NCBI GenBank assembly: GCA_020437755.1 | Contig: JAGQVX010000001.1 | Span: 12,009-76,008, forward strand | Source: Flavobacteriales bacterium | GTDB lineage: Bacteria; Bacteroidota; Bacteroidia; Flavobacteriales_D; Sanyastnellaceae | Direction: 5' to 3' | DNA length: 64,000 bases | In this document: positions 17,648 through 28,669 of the stretch, piece by piece | Position numbering within the stretch: position 1 is the first letter of the stretch | How the letters are laid out: each line of letters begins with the position of its first letter | Made by a program: the position numbers and the translations under genes | The notes under the pieces: generated by a model | What the model was told of the DNA's origin: nothing | The model's database searches: none | The model's input: only the letters and a program-made list of their open reading frames with translations

Positions 17648-20600
17648 CTACCTCAACAAATACATCTTCCCAAACCCTTCCTTGAAATACTGTGATGCAT
17701 CTGTCAGACGCAGCTCCACATCAGAACCATTCAACCGCGCTACCACGCGATATAAGTAGATGCCGTTGGCCAATGGATCGCCAAATTGATCGCGTCCGTC
17801 CCACCAATACTCAGTGAAATTCCTTCCAATGTGAAGCGGTCCCAACTCATCGGCGTAAATCTCGCGCACAACCCGCCCGCTGATCGTCATGATCTGAATC
17901 ATCATCTGATCGGGTGGGGTGGTGCCGGTCAATGTGAAGACAAACTGCGTCCGGGTGCTGAACGGATTCGGATAGTTCATTACTTCCGTAATGGTGGGCT
18001 TCGAAAACACTTCAAAGCCAATTCGAAAATCCAAATCACCCGATGCATTGCCGCTCTTATCGCTTGCCTGCACCAGCAACTCATACTCCCCATCCAAAGT
18101 GAACATAGGGTCGTACTCAATCAGCATGGTGTTGTCGCTCCCGGCTGGTATCCAGTTTACTTCTGGCTGACCAAAATAAACGGGTTTTTGAACTACCTCG
18201 GGGGTGGTGAGGTACATCTTGACAAAGGCCGTATCGGTAGATTCATTGAGGAGGAAGAACGGGTTTTCATCGTCCAGACTGATAACCACATGCGGACGAG
18301 CACTTACCAGGTCACCATCCAGTATTCGGATACCGTCGAAAGTCACGTCCAAAATCGGATTCTGATTGTCGGCCTGAACCGTGAATCCCAGTTGTGCAAT
18401 GTTGTTGAAATGGTACTGCTCCGGCTGGTCGTAACCCGTTCCGGCGGTATTCAGCGGATTCACCTCCACCCACAGTAAGTTGTTACCCGCCAATCCGTAT
18501 GTGCTGATATCAAGCGTGTCGAGCAATTGCCCACCCGCGGGCAGCGGCGCTTGTCGGGCATAGGAAACCGGATGCCCATGCTGCACTTCGTCTTCAACCC
18601 AGTACTTCACCAACACACTGTCCATCCCTACGTCGCTGATATTATCGATGCTGATGGCAAACCGCAGCGCTTCACCTTCTGCAACATGATCATTGGAAAG
18701 GAAAAATCCGTGAATGGGGTTCAGCGCGGCCTCAGGAACTTTGTCGTGCAACACATGCCAGCTTCGCAATTGCGCCGGCGTTTGGGAAGAAATGTCCTCA
18801 AGGTAAGCTTCCAGTCTCAGGGTGGGGTATGTTTCGGCATCCGCCAAATCTTCCAGTGCCAAATACTCGTCGGGCTCCTGGTATAAATCGGCAAGCTCAG
18901 TTTCGGCGCCTTGCTGAATACCGATTATGCGAATTCGTGTGCTGTCAGTGGGCTCAGCATCCAGATCGTGCAGCTTCCAATACACGGCATCCCATTGCAA
19001 CGCCGGACCGATCTCCACGCTTTGAACTTCCCCAATACCCAAAACGCCTTGCAATGGGGCCTCCATTTCAATGAAATCAGATGGGTCAGATCCCAATACT
19101 TCCATTACCGTTTCGGGATATCCTTTCTTCAAGAAGAATATCGCCGGTATGCTGTCGGTACTGTTGCCTACCAGCGTGGCTCCAAGGTCGGTAAACACAT
19201 CAAATACCTGCGGGTCATGAGTTTCCCAGCCGTCGTAGTCCAGATACTTCCAGGTGTAGATCAATACGTAATGCCCGTCTTCCACCTGATTCTGCATCAT
19301 ATCTACAAAGCCCTCCAGGTCGGCCGACTGGTTTTGTCGAAAAATGAAGTATTTCTCCGGCCGACCGCGACTGTTGGAACAATCCATGAGGTTCCCGAAT
19401 TCGTTTTCCGGATGTAGTCCGTTGTAATTGGTTTCCCAAGGTTCAAGCGTAATACTATCCAACACCGCAACGATCAACGAAGGGGCCTGCGCACAACAGG
19501 CGTAGTCCATAACTTCAAGGTCGATTTGATAACGAGTGGCCAGCGCCTCATACGTATCTTCCGGTGATCCATGCACCGAGCACTTCAATTCCAGGTCGTT
19601 GGTGGTGTATTCCAGGCGCCGCTCCTCTCGGTTGTAATCCACCCGCTTGAAACGGTCGTGCTTAAATTGAAAGAAATGGGCCTGCCCCCAACCCGACTGT
19701 CCGTCGATGTATTGAAACGAACTCTCGCGCCAATTATAACCTTCTGCCCCGGTGCTATCGGCACTTGTTCGCCAAAAATAAACCGTACTGTCACTCAGCA
19801 CGAGCGGCAAATCCCACGTTACAACTCCACCGCCCGAAACCACATGGTGTTCCATCATGCTGCTGCTGTTAAAAGTGTCGGTCGTATCAATCTGGAACAC
19901 GTACTCTTTCTCAGGCTCGAAAACAAATCCGGTTGAGGCCTTCAACGTGACCTGATTCTGCGGAATTACCGCATATTCATAAGGCCACACAGGCAACAAA
20001 TCTCCCGAAGTGATTAGCAGTGTCTTGTTCTGCACGATGTTGTTGCCAATATTATCGAGCTCATCCACCAGTATAGCCGGATAATCCACAAATACGTCAA
20101 ACGTATTCAGCCCCACTCCATTCACCCGATCCACCGGTAACGTGAACACAAGGGTGTCACTGAAAAGCAAAGATTCCACAGTGCGGGTGAGGCTGGTGTC
20201 TATTCCATTTGGCGTATGCCTGATCAACTCCACACCAAACGAGCGATTCACTCCCTTGCCGATATTGGTCACGGCCACGCGCACATCAAAAGAATCCAAC
20301 TGGGCCGTAACCTCCTTGGGGTCGAAAAATATCGAGGCGTCATGCACTACATAGTCGGGCTTGCTGTGCGGATACAAGGTCATGGCCGGATCACCGTGCA
20401 AGGCAAAAGTGAGCGCCGTGTTTTGATTGTACAAATTGGAACCGTCCAATTGAAAACTCTGCACCGCATGAACCATGGCCTCACCCACCGTTTCCCCATA
20501 GTGCTCCTGGAAAATGCTGGTATAAAACCCGTCGGTCCACTTGTCCAAATTGGATGGCGCACCCAAATCGGCCTTGGCGATGAAGCCAATCATTCCGCGC

Positions 20601-22705
20601 TCTGCAATGAGCACAAACTCCTCGCTGGTACTGCTCGATGACGGTAGGTGGATGTTTCCTGTGTAGCAGGAATTACCTATGAGCAGCGGATACTTGCCCT
20701 GATTATTGTAGCTCGAGGGCGAGTCAATGTTTTGGTCAAATCCGGTAGAGGAGGCATGGCCGAAAAAGGTCATCAACACCACCCCATCTTCGATGAGCTG
20801 CGTGATGGAGTCACTCAGATTGATTTGAATAGGATCGGTTGTGTTCTTGTAAAAGGCATGTACAATGCCGCCGAAGCAGGTGTCTTCAACCGTAGTTTCA
20901 TAATCGCGCAAATAATTCGAAAACAAGGTTTGCTCGTATTGATTTCCTCCTCCGCCAAAATGCATGACGCGCTTCATCCACTCGGCGGGCTGCTGGTTTT
21001 CGTGCTCGATGACTTTGTTGAGGTATTCCAACACCTGCTCGGGTGTTTCGGCTGCTAGTCGACCGGTAGGAATAGCAGCCTCGAGAATAGTGCCGTTCAA
21101 GCCCGAAGTGAAGGCCAGGTCCGAGGCGGGCCAGCCCCACGTGGGCACGATGTTGCGGGCGTAGTGCTCAGGATTGTTGCGGGCGCCTTCCGACAGACTG
21201 ATATCCATTTCATGAATGCTCTTGCCAATAATGAACAGGTGCGAAGGCTTGCTCTCCCAGGTGCTGAGGATGTGGTCGCAAAAGCGGCGTATGGCGAGCG
21301 GATGCTTCTTAACTCCTCCTCCATACTGGTCGTACAACTCAGCCGCATGGACCATAACCACGTGGTAGCCCGTGTTTTCGCGGTAAAACGCATAATTCGT
21401 CGCTGCCGACCAAAGCGGATCGGCGCTGAGAATGATAAAGGCGGAATCCACGGCAACGTTTTCAAAGTCGGTGAAATATCCACTACTGTTCACGGGTTGC
21501 AGCTCAGTAATCGATTGAAATTGTGTGGCATCGGTGAGGAAGAGGTTCTCGGCACTGAGGCCAAATACAAAAGGAACCGCCGCCTTGTACTGGTTGCCCA
21601 CCTGAAACACTTCCACCTGCGCAGTGTACGTGGGTTGCGCGATGAACAAATGAGGAGCGTTTCCGGCAACCGTCATGGGCACAGTGGCCACGGATTCTCC
21701 GGACGGCGCATAAAATGTGCACGTCTGCGAAACCGCGTCGCTAAAATCCAGAGTGTGCGGATAGACGATTTCAATAAGTGAAACGGCGTTGTAATCGGTA
21801 GCTACGCCCAGGTCGTCTATACTGCGGTGTGTGATACTTGTTGTTGACGAGAGGGAGGAGGCCGGTACGTTAAATTGAAGCGTGTTGAGCTGATATCCGT
21901 GAAATACCGTATCTACCTGCAGTTGAAAAGGACTCCCAATGCCCAATTGCAGATGGTGGTTGGGAAACCCCGCAGCCGAGGAAGCACTGGCTGATATGGT
22001 TTGTACCGTAGCATCGGGGACGCCGGCGGCCGTGGAAACGTGCGGTGTGGGAATGGATTTAGTGACACTCTGCCCCTTGGAAAAGCGATTGTCAAACCAA
22101 CCTTCCCCCGTTTCATACCAAGGCAGTGAAACGCCATTGGCATCCTGTTTACCCTGTAAATACTCCGTGGTGTAGCTCCCCCGCGATCGGGAAATGCAGT
22201 ATTCCAGTTCTGGATAGTCGTCAAAGTTCTGGTAGTCAAACACGTCCATCCGCAAATTGTCGATACTCGAATTGTACGTGAGAAAATAACCCGCAGTGTC
22301 GTTGATTAAACTGTGGTACTTATTGTTCTGTTCCTCAGGTGAGTCGTACAAATACACATCAAGCCATCCGTCGTTGGCCAGTCCGTACACCCATATTTCA
22401 TCCTGCGGATCAAAAATGCCGTCTTCTTCACCAATCACGCGAATGTGAATTTCCTTCTCCCGGCCAATGATTTGAATCGAACGTGGATCCACACTGCTCA
22501 CAGGAAATCCGGAGGCTTCAAGTGTGGCGTAGTCAATGACATGAATGCCGCTGGTGGTAATGTCAAAGCGCCAATACTGCTGGTCGTATTGAATCCATTG
22601 TTGTCCGTACTGTGCGCTAAGCAGGGGGCACAAGGCCAAATGCAAAATTGCCACTGCCCACCACTTCTGGATAGCTTTTCGATATTTCACCGGTTCGCGA
22701 ACCAT
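17648..22705 (-). CDS. C25-family (gingipain/PorU-like) cysteine peptidase, 1685 aa, with C-terminal T9SS/FlgD-Ig-like sorting domain
   Basis: Signal peptide ...LCPLLSA/QYGQQ. The catalytic-type segments are MTFFGHASSTGF (His) and LLIGNSCYTGN (Cys), in the order typical of peptidase C25. The C-terminal NYPNPFSTRTQFVFTL...ANGIYLYRVVARLNG is CTD-like. Confidence 0.8.
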   Translation of the reverse strand: MVREPVKYRKAIQKWWAVAILHLALCPLLSAQYGQQWIQYDQQYWRFDITTSGIHVIDYATLEASGFPVSSVDPRSIQIIGREKEIHIRVIGEEDGIFDPQDEIWVYGLANDGWLDVYLYDSPEEQNNKYHSLINDTAGYFLTYNSSIDNLRMDVFDYQNFDDYPELEYCISRSRGSYTTEYLQGKQDANGVSLPWYETGEGWFDNRFSKGQSVTKSIPTPHVSTAAGVPDATVQTISASASSAAGFPNHHLQLGIGSPFQLQVDTVFHGYQLNTLQFNVPASSLSSTTSITHRSIDDLGVATDYNAVSLIEIVYPHTLDFSDAVSQTCTFYAPSGESVATVPMTVAGNAPHLFIAQPTYTAQVEVFQVGNQYKAAVPFVFGLSAENLFLTDATQFQSITELQPVNSSGYFTDFENVAVDSAFIILSADPLWSAATNYAFYRENTGYHVVMVHAAELYDQYGGGVKKHPLAIRRFCDHILSTWESKPSHLFIIGKSIHEMDISLSEGARNNPEHYARNIVPTWGWPASDLAFTSGLNGTILEAAIPTGRLAAETPEQVLEYLNKVIEHENQQPAEWMKRVMHFGGGGNQYEQTLFSNYLRDYETTVEDTCFGGIVHAFYKNTTDPIQINLSDSITQLIEDGVVLMTFFGHASSTGFDQNIDSPSSYNNQGKYPLLIGNSCYTGNIHLPSSSSTSEEFVLIAERGMIGFIAKADLGAPSNLDKWTDGFYTSIFQEHYGETVGEAMVHAVQSFQLDGSNLYNQNTALTFALHGDPAMTLYPHSKPDYVVHDASIFFDPKEVTAQLDSFDVRVAVTNIGKGVNRSFGVELIRHTPNGIDTSLTRTVESLLFSDTLVFTLPVDRVNGVGLNTFDVFVDYPAILVDELDNIGNNIVQNKTLLITSGDLLPVWPYEYAVIPQNQVTLKASTGFVFEPEKEYVFQIDTTDTFNSSSMMEHHVVSGGGVVTWDLPLVLSDSTVYFWRTSADSTGAEGYNWRESSFQYIDGQSGWGQAHFFQFKHDRFKRVDYNREERRLEYTTNDLELKCSVHGSPEDTYEALATRYQIDLEVMDYACCAQAPSLIVAVLDSITLEPWETNYNGLHPENEFGNLMDCSNSRGRPEKYFIFRQNQSADLEGFVDMMQNQVEDGHYVLIYTWKYLDYDGWETHDPQVFDVFTDLGATLVGNSTDSIPAIFFLKKGYPETVMEVLGSDPSDFIEMEAPLQGVLGIGEVQSVEIGPALQWDAVYWKLHDLDAEPTDSTRIRIIGIQQGAETELADLYQEPDEYLALEDLADAETYPTLRLEAYLEDISSQTPAQLRSWHVLHDKVPEAALNPIHGFFLSNDHVAEGEALRFAISIDNISDVGMDSVLVKYWVEDEVQHGHPVSYARQAPLPAGGQLLDTLDISTYGLAGNNLLWVEVNPLNTAGTGYDQPEQYHFNNIAQLGFTVQADNQNPILDVTFDGIRILDGDLVSARPHVVISLDDENPFFLLNESTDTAFVKMYLTTPEVVQKPVYFGQPEVNWIPAGSDNTMLIEYDPMFTLDGEYELLVQASDKSGNASGDLDFRIGFEVFSKPTITEVMNYPNPFSTRTQFVFTLTGTTPPDQMMIQIMTISGRVVREIYADELGPLHIGRNFTEYWWDGRDQFGDPLANGIYLYRVVARLNGSDVELRLTDASQYFKEGFGKMYLLR

Positions 22706-22936
22706 GTCTCACTCGTAAATGTACTGCGAAAATCGCATCTCATGGGCTTGCTGTACGTCAGTTTGCCACTGAATTGTCAACGCTACTCCGTGAATGGTCG
22801 GGGAAAGGTGCATATACCATTTGGCGAATGCCGCTTTTTTCAAATCCTGCTTCCCCGCCTCTCCCCCAATACGTGGCCAGGTTCCCCCTCAATTTCGATA
22901 GGAATCTTGTAAATTCGCGACCTAAAATTTGACAAC

Positions 22937-24694
22937 ATGCATCGGACTCATACCAATGGCGAATTGCGCGCCTCAAATGTAGGAACCACCGTCACCCTCA
23001 GCGGCTGGGTGCAGCGATCACGAGACCTCGGCGGACTCACCTTCGTTGACCTGCGCGACCGCTATGGAATTACGCAGTTGGTGTTCAATATGGATAGTGA
23101 TGCAGAGTTGTGCGGCAAGGCGCGAAAGTTGGGAAGGGAATTCGTGATTAAAGCAACGGGAACGGTTGCAGAACGCAGCAATAAAAATCCCAATATGCCA
23201 ACAGGTGATATTGAGATCATCGTTACCAAACTCGAAGTACTGAATGCCAGCAAAGTTCCGCCGTTTACCATTGAAGACGACACCGATGGGGGTGAAGAAC
23301 TGCGCATGCAATACCGTTACCTCGACCTGCGCCGCAATCCGGTAAAGGAAAACCTGTTGCTGCGTCACCGTATTGCGATGGAAGTGCGTAAGTACCTCGA
23401 CAGCATTGAGTTTGCCGAAATTGAAACGCCCTACCTCATCAAGTCCACTCCCGAAGGGGCGCGTGACTTTGTGGTACCTAGCAGGATGAATCCTGGGGAG
23501 TTTTATGCGCTGCCTCAATCACCCCAAACATTCAAGCAAATCCTCATGGTATCGGGCTATGACCGGTACTATCAAATTGTACGCTGCTTCCGCGATGAAG
23601 ACCTGCGTGCCGACCGTCAGCCGGAGTTTACCCAGATCGACTGCGAGATGGCATTTGTGGAGCAGGAAGATATTCTCAATACGTTCGAAGGCATGGTGCG
23701 CCACCTGTTCCGCGAAATCAAAGGCGTGGAATTCGATGTGTTCCCGCGCATGTTTTTCGACGACGCCATGGAAAAATACGGTTCCGATAAGCCGGATATC
23801 CGCTTCGGAATGGAGTTCGTGAATATGGACGCCGTGGCAAAAGGAAAAGGATTTGGCGTATTCGACGGCAGTGAAGTAGTTCTTGGAATTGTAGCCCCCG
23901 GCGCAGCGGATTATACCCGTAAGCAACTCGATGCGCTTACCGATTGGGTGAAGCGTCCGCAAATTGGCGCCAAAGGCCTGGTGTACTGCCGCTGCAATGA
24001 AGACGGTACGTTCAAGTCATCGGTAGATAAGTTTTTCAGTCCGGAAGACCTGTCTGCCTGGGCTAGCCACGCCGGCGCACAGCCGGGTGATTTGATGCTC
24101 GTTCTTAGCGGCGATCTGCATACTACGCGAAAACAACTGTGCGAACTACGTCTCCACATGGGAACCGAACTTGGTCTTCGTAAAAAAGGTGAATATCAGC
24201 CGTTGTGGGTCATTGACTTCCCACTGTTGGAATGGGACGAGGAAAGCGGTCGCTTCCACGCCATGCACCACCCCTTCACCTCACCCAAGCCCGAGCAGAT
24301 GCACTTGCTCAACGAGGATCCGGGAGCGGTAAAGGCCAATGCGTACGACATGGTGATCAACGGGGTAGAGATCGGTGGTGGTTCCATCCGTATCCACGAT
24401 AAGCAAGTGCAGAAACGCATGTTTGAAGTCCTCGGATTCTCCGATGAAGAAGCACAAGCCCAGTTTGGCTTCCTCATGAATGCCTTCGAATACGGAGCCC
24501 CTCCTCACGGCGGTATCGCCCTGGGCTTCGACCGACTCTGCGCCATGTTTGGCGGTCAGGAATCCATCCGCGATTTCATCGCTTTCCCTAAAAACAACTC
24601 CGGCCGCGACGTCATGATCGACTCACCCTCACCAATTGCAAATGAGCAGATGGATGAGCTGTTTATCAAGAGTACAGCCGCTGCGAAGGAGTAG
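22937..24694 (+). CDS. aspS: Aspartate--tRNA ligase
   Basis: 585 aa with an N-terminal OB anticodon-binding domain ([22 protein letters not shown]) and class II motifs ([39 protein letters not shown]). Confidence 0.95.
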   Translation: MHRTHTNGELRASNVGTTVTLSGWVQRSRDLGGLTFVDLRDRYGITQLVFNMDSDAELCGKARKLGREFVIKATGTVAERSNKNPNMPTGDIEIIVTKLEVLNASKVPPFTIEDDTDGGEELRMQYRYLDLRRNPVKENLLLRHRIAMEVRKYLDSIEFAEIETPYLIKSTPEGARDFVVPSRMNPGEFYALPQSPQTFKQILMVSGYDRYYQIVRCFRDEDLRADRQPEFTQIDCEMAFVEQEDILNTFEGMVRHLFREIKGVEFDVFPRMFFDDAMEKYGSDKPDIRFGMEFVNMDAVAKGKGFGVFDGSEVVLGIVAPGAADYTRKQLDALTDWVKRPQIGAKGLVYCRCNEDGTFKSSVDKFFSPEDLSAWASHAGAQPGDLMLVLSGDLHTTRKQLCELRLHMGTELGLRKKGEYQPLWVIDFPLLEWDEESGRFHAMHHPFTSPKPEQMHLLNEDPGAVKANAYDMVINGVEIGGGSIRIHDKQVQKRMFEVLGFSDEEAQAQFGFLMNAFEYGAPPHGGIALGFDRLCAMFGGQESIRDFIAFPKNNSGRDVMIDSPSPIANEQMDELFIKSTAAAKE

Positions 24695-24718
24695 GACTAA
24701 AAGAATATGATTCATGAA

Positions 24719-24749
24719 AACCGATGCTCGAAAGGGTGTCGGTTTTTTT
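24719..24749 (+). terminator. Rho-independent terminator after aspS
   Basis: aaccga...tcggtt stem followed by a T7 run, 25 nt after the aspS stop. Confidence 0.6.
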
Positions 24750-24772
24750 GTGGGGTGGGGGAGGGAAATATG

Positions 24773-24847
24773 TCGGGGCGAGTGGATTCGAACCACCGCT
24801 CTCACGCCCCCCAGACGTGCGCTTTAACCGGACTAAGCTACGCCCCG
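24773..24847 (-). tRNA. tRNA-Pro (anticodon GGG)
   Basis: The reverse complement folds by hand into a cloverleaf. Acceptor CGGGGCG/CGCCCCG; D arm GCTT-AGTCCGGTTA-AAGC; anticodon stem CACGT/GCGTG with loop CTGGGGG; T arm GGTGG-TTCGAAT-CCACT; discriminator A. It is 75 nt long and no CCA is encoded. Confidence 0.9.
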
Positions 24848-24910
24848 ATATTTTGGATTCCTCCGTGAGGGGGCGCAAAATTAACGATTAAATCGAATTT
24901 TGAAAATGTT

Positions 24911-25636
24911 CTACTGATCTATTGGGCGGTAGTCGCTCAGAATGAATTGGAGGGGTAAAATAAACTTCGAAGCTACAGGTTGTCCTGCCTTGCGTGCAGG
25001 CTTCCATACAGGCATTTGCATCACAATGCGCAATGCCTCATCATTCAAGATGGGATGACTGCTTTCAATAACCTCAATATTGCGCACTACTCCTCCGGCG
25101 TCAATCAAAAACGCTACGTTCACTTCACCTTCAATCTTATTCTTCCAGGCGGCCTCAGGGTAGGAGAGGTTGTCTCCAATGTATGCTGCCAGTCCTTCAT
25201 ATCCGCCCGGGAATTCCGCAGGTTCTGAACTGTACTTGCGCACAATATCGTACGGCGTTTCCATGGGGTAGTATCGATCCGGACGCATATTGCCTTCCCA
25301 GTCCCAGCGCTTCCACTTGCCGGCCTTGAAACCGTCCTTGTAAATACCTTCCGATTCCTTCGCACCACTGTGGTAATAGTACGTAAACAATCCCTCGGGC
25401 ACCTCCAGCGTCTCGGTGGTATACGATCCCTTCATGCGGATTTGTCCGTCAAGAAAATAAACCTGAATGTGAACCAGTTCGTCGTTCGAAGCAACGAGCG
25501 TGCTGTAATATGAAGCCTCGTCTTGTGATAACACGGGGCGCATTTTCTCATCTAAATGCTGATAAACCTGATCATTCTGTCCAATTACAGAATAGCCAAG
25601 CAGCATTGCAAATACAATGGCGGCGAATTCTTTCAT
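24911..25636 (-). CDS. TonB C-terminal-domain protein with MORN-like N-terminal repeats
   Basis: ORF 24911..25753. The start at 25636 (MKEFAAIVFAMLLGYSVIG/QNDQ signal) is preferred. The C-terminus (PAEFPGGYEGLAAYIGDNLSYPEAAWKNKIEGEVNVAFLIDAGGVV...) is a TonB_C-type domain. Confidence 0.75.
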   Translation of the reverse strand: MKEFAAIVFAMLLGYSVIGQNDQVYQHLDEKMRPVLSQDEASYYSTLVASNDELVHIQVYFLDGQIRMKGSYTTETLEVPEGLFTYYYHSGAKESEGIYKDGFKAGKWKRWDWEGNMRPDRYYPMETPYDIVRKYSSEPAEFPGGYEGLAAYIGDNLSYPEAAWKNKIEGEVNVAFLIDAGGVVRNIEVIESSHPILNDEALRIVMQMPVWKPARKAGQPVASKFILPLQFILSDYRPIDQ

Positions 25637-25833
25637 CTCTCCTGAAATAATATAGTCAGCAAAGTTGGTTACAGAGCTGTAAGGTAATGGAACGAAAAGT
25701 ACGGATAACATTGTAAGGGATTTCCCACGCAGGCCAAAGTTATTAACAAGCACCTGGAAAAGTGTTGAAAAGTAGCATGTGCCAAATGGATGCCCCGATC
25801 ACCCCGTATGGGCGTCTGCCGTAGCTTTGCGGC

Positions 25834-26175
25834 ATGGACTTCGAATTTGAAAGGGATTGGAGAAACACCGTGAAAATGGTGGAGGATTTTGCCGGACAAC
25901 CCATCGATCTGGATGGGATCCTGTTTCTCGTGGGAGTGCAGGAATTGGGTCAGGGATACCGCACGTTCAAAAAAGATGAAAAACTTGGACTGCTGCACAT
26001 TGCACTGTGCACCCTTCTCGAACCGGAAGGGATTTACAATTTCGTAGGGAAAGACGAAGACGGATGGCCGCACTTCGAACAAACATCTAAATTGCCACAT
26101 CTCAGTGCTGACGAACAACAACTGCTCGTAAAGCGTGCCCTCATCAAATACTTTCAGGTCAATCCTATTGGTTGA
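25834..26175 (+). CDS. Hypothetical protein (113 aa)
   Basis: Compact ORF with protein-like composition. No motif recognised. Confidence 0.55.
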   Translation: MDFEFERDWRNTVKMVEDFAGQPIDLDGILFLVGVQELGQGYRTFKKDEKLGLLHIALCTLLEPEGIYNFVGKDEDGWPHFEQTSKLPHLSADEQQLLVKRALIKYFQVNPIG

Positions 26176-26351
26176 TTTTCAACGACTTCGTTAACACACA
26201 ATCGGTGTAGGTGCTGGAAATTTCGTGTCGCGCATCAATGCAAGGGGCGCACAAAACGCTTGCAGTGGAACTACTTTGCAGAAACTACATGAATTACACC
26301 CTACAGATAATGCGAGGCCTTAGGAACAAGAATAAAAGGGGTACAGAGGAA

Positions 26352-26732
26352 TTACTGGATAACGATAACTTCTTCGCTCGTGGTCTCTTCCTCTACCTTG
26401 ATAATGCCTTCGCCCGATAACAAGCCCTTTTCAGCAGCAATGTCTAATACGACAAACCCCGCCTGTCCTTGCTTGTAAAACTCGGAAAAGTTGAAAGAAA
26501 CCTTGCCGGTACCATTTGTGATGCCGGTCGTGTCAAAGCGAATTTCACCGGGATTGTCCTCTCCGGCCGAACCGCTGCCATACAGGTGAACCGTAGCCCC
26601 GGGGATCAAATCTCCCGACTCATTCTTGATGATTACCGTGGCAATCGTTTCCTTCTCCTTCTTGCACGACACCAATCCGGTGGCAAGCACTCCTACTACT
26701 GCTACGAATACAATTAATACCTTCCTTTTCAT
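26352..26732 (-). CDS. Small lipoprotein, carboxypeptidase-regulatory/Ig-like fold
   Basis: Lipobox LATGLVSC. The body is a beta-sandwich-like sequence (ATVIIKNESGDLIPGATVHLYG...TNGTGKVSFNF). Confidence 0.6.
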   Translation of the reverse strand: MKRKVLIVFVAVVGVLATGLVSCKKEKETIATVIIKNESGDLIPGATVHLYGSGSAGEDNPGEIRFDTTGITNGTGKVSFNFSEFYKQGQAGFVVLDIAAEKGLLSGEGIIKVEEETTSEEVIVIQ

Positions 26733-26813
26733 ACCTGATGGCGTTTTGTTAATTTCGCACCGGGCGAAACGCTTCTAAACTTACAAAGAAACAAAATAAT
26801 CAAAAATACCGCG

Positions 26814-27593
26814 ATGAGAAAACGTTTAATCCCTCTACTTGGTGTCATTTCCTTTGCAATTCTTGGAAGCGCTTCAGGGTGCAACAACGGACAAAAAGAC
26901 GTTCAGGCCGAAGAAAACACAGTAAACACCGAGGTTAAAGAGACTCCTGCCGAAGAACCAAAAGCGGAAATCGAACGCAAGAACTACAAGGTGAAAATTT
27001 CTACCGAGTATGGAGATATGATTGCAATCCTCTATGATGAGACTCCCCTGCATCGCGATAATTTCGTCAAACTGGTGAACGAAGGCTTCTACAACGATTT
27101 GCTGTTTCACCGCGTGATGCAAAATTTCATGATTCAGGGCGGTGACCCCGATTCACGTGATGCTGCACCGGGAAAACACCTGGGCATGGGTGGCCCCGGA
27201 TATACCACAGAAGCTGAATTCCGTCCGGAATTGTACCACAAGAAAGGAGCACTAGCCGCTGCCCGTCAACCGGATAACGTCAACCCACAACGCCGTTCTT
27301 CAGGAAGCCAGTTCTATATTTCCCAAGGCCGTCCCGTTCCCGACCAACAACTGGTTATGATGGAAATGCAACGCAATGCGCGTCGCGATAGCACCAACCA
27401 ATTGAACTATACCGATGAACAAATCAAGGTATACACCGAACTTGGCGGAACACCTCATCTGGATGGAGAGTACACCGTATTTGGTGAAGTTATAGAAGGA
27501 ATGGAAGTGATCGATAAGATTGCCGCCGTTCAGGTTGACCGCGCTAACCGTCCTCTTCAAGACGTGAAAATGACCATTACAGTCGTAGAATAA
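26814..27593 (+). CDS. Cyclophilin-type peptidyl-prolyl isomerase (lipoprotein)
   Basis: Lipobox GSASGC. Cyclophilin signatures FHRVMQNFMIQGGDP and GSQFYIS are present. Confidence 0.9.
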   Translation: MRKRLIPLLGVISFAILGSASGCNNGQKDVQAEENTVNTEVKETPAEEPKAEIERKNYKVKISTEYGDMIAILYDETPLHRDNFVKLVNEGFYNDLLFHRVMQNFMIQGGDPDSRDAAPGKHLGMGGPGYTTEAEFRPELYHKKGALAAARQPDNVNPQRRSSGSQFYISQGRPVPDQQLVMMEMQRNARRDSTNQLNYTDEQIKVYTELGGTPHLDGEYTVFGEVIEGMEVIDKIAAVQVDRANRPLQDVKMTITVVE

Positions 27594-27594
27594 G

Positions 27595-28602
27595 ATGCTG
27601 GATAAAATCAAACAATACATCGAAGAAACCGGCAAATTCAAAGCGGAAAACGCTGAGAAACTGGAGGAATTCCGCATCCACTGGCTGGGCCGAAAAGGGG
27701 TGCTGAAGTCGCTCTTCGAAGACTTTAAAAATGTTCCCAACGAAATGAAGAAAGATGTGGGCCAGGCGGTCAACACCCTTCGAAACCAGTTGGAACAAAT
27801 CGTCGAAAACCAAAAGGACAGCTTCTCAACGGCAACTTCAGTGGCATTTGAAGACTATACACGTCCCACTGGTTTCGACAAGGGTTCAAAGCACCCGGTT
27901 TCTGTGGTGCGGCGGGAAATACTTGAGATCTTTTCACATATTGGGTTTAAAGTGGCAGAGGGTCCGGAAATCGAAGATGACTGGCACGTGTTCTCCGGAT
28001 TGAACTTTCCACCCGAACACCCCGCCCGCGACATGCAGGATACGTTCTTCATTGAACGCGATCCGGACATTCTCCTCCGCACCCATACATCGTCGGTGCA
28101 GGTGCGTGCCATGAAGGAAAACCAACCTCCTATCCGCATTGTAATGCCCGGACGTGTTTTCCGGAATGAAGCCATCTCTTCGCGAAGCCACTGCATATTC
28201 CATCAAATCGAAGGTCTGTACATCGACGAGGGTGTGTCTTTTGCCGATCTCAAGCAAACCCTCATGTTTTTCGCGAAGGAGTTCTTTGGTAAGTCTAAAA
28301 TCCGTCTGCGTCCCTCATACTTCCCTTTCACAGAGCCTAGCGCTGAAGTAGATGTGTATTGGGGACTGAACTCGGAAACAGATTACCGGATAACAAAAGG
28401 AACGGGTTGGCTTGAAATTCTGGGCTGCGGAATGGTAGACCCAAACGTTTTGGCATCAAGCAATATCGATCCCGAAAAGTACTCAGGCTTTGCCTTCGGT
28501 ATGGGAATCGAACGCATCGCCATGCTGCGATACCAAATCGACGACATCCGACTCCTCTTTGAAAACGACGTCCGTTTCCTTAACCAGTTTCAAAGCATTT
28601 AG
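27595..28602 (+). CDS. pheS: Phenylalanine--tRNA ligase alpha subunit
   Basis: 335 aa with HPARDMQDTFF, class II motif 2/3 segments (FRNEAISSRSHCIFHQIEG, GFAFGMGIERIAML). Confidence 0.95.
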   Translation: MLDKIKQYIEETGKFKAENAEKLEEFRIHWLGRKGVLKSLFEDFKNVPNEMKKDVGQAVNTLRNQLEQIVENQKDSFSTATSVAFEDYTRPTGFDKGSKHPVSVVRREILEIFSHIGFKVAEGPEIEDDWHVFSGLNFPPEHPARDMQDTFFIERDPDILLRTHTSSVQVRAMKENQPPIRIVMPGRVFRNEAISSRSHCIFHQIEGLYIDEGVSFADLKQTLMFFAKEFFGKSKIRLRPSYFPFTEPSAEVDVYWGLNSETDYRITKGTGWLEILGCGMVDPNVLASSNIDPEKYSGFAFGMGIERIAMLRYQIDDIRLLFENDVRFLNQFQSI

Positions 28603-28669
28603 CCGGACCGCCGCAACGCACAACCATGCGTACCCATGATCCCGTACGCGTAGAGACTCAGAGCAAGGA

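Noticed and set aside
17648-22705. Calling the C25 protein the T9SS sortase PorU outright.
   Set aside because: It is about 400-500 aa longer than the PorU proteins I know, and no porV lies next to it. The call is kept as PorU-like C25 peptidase only.
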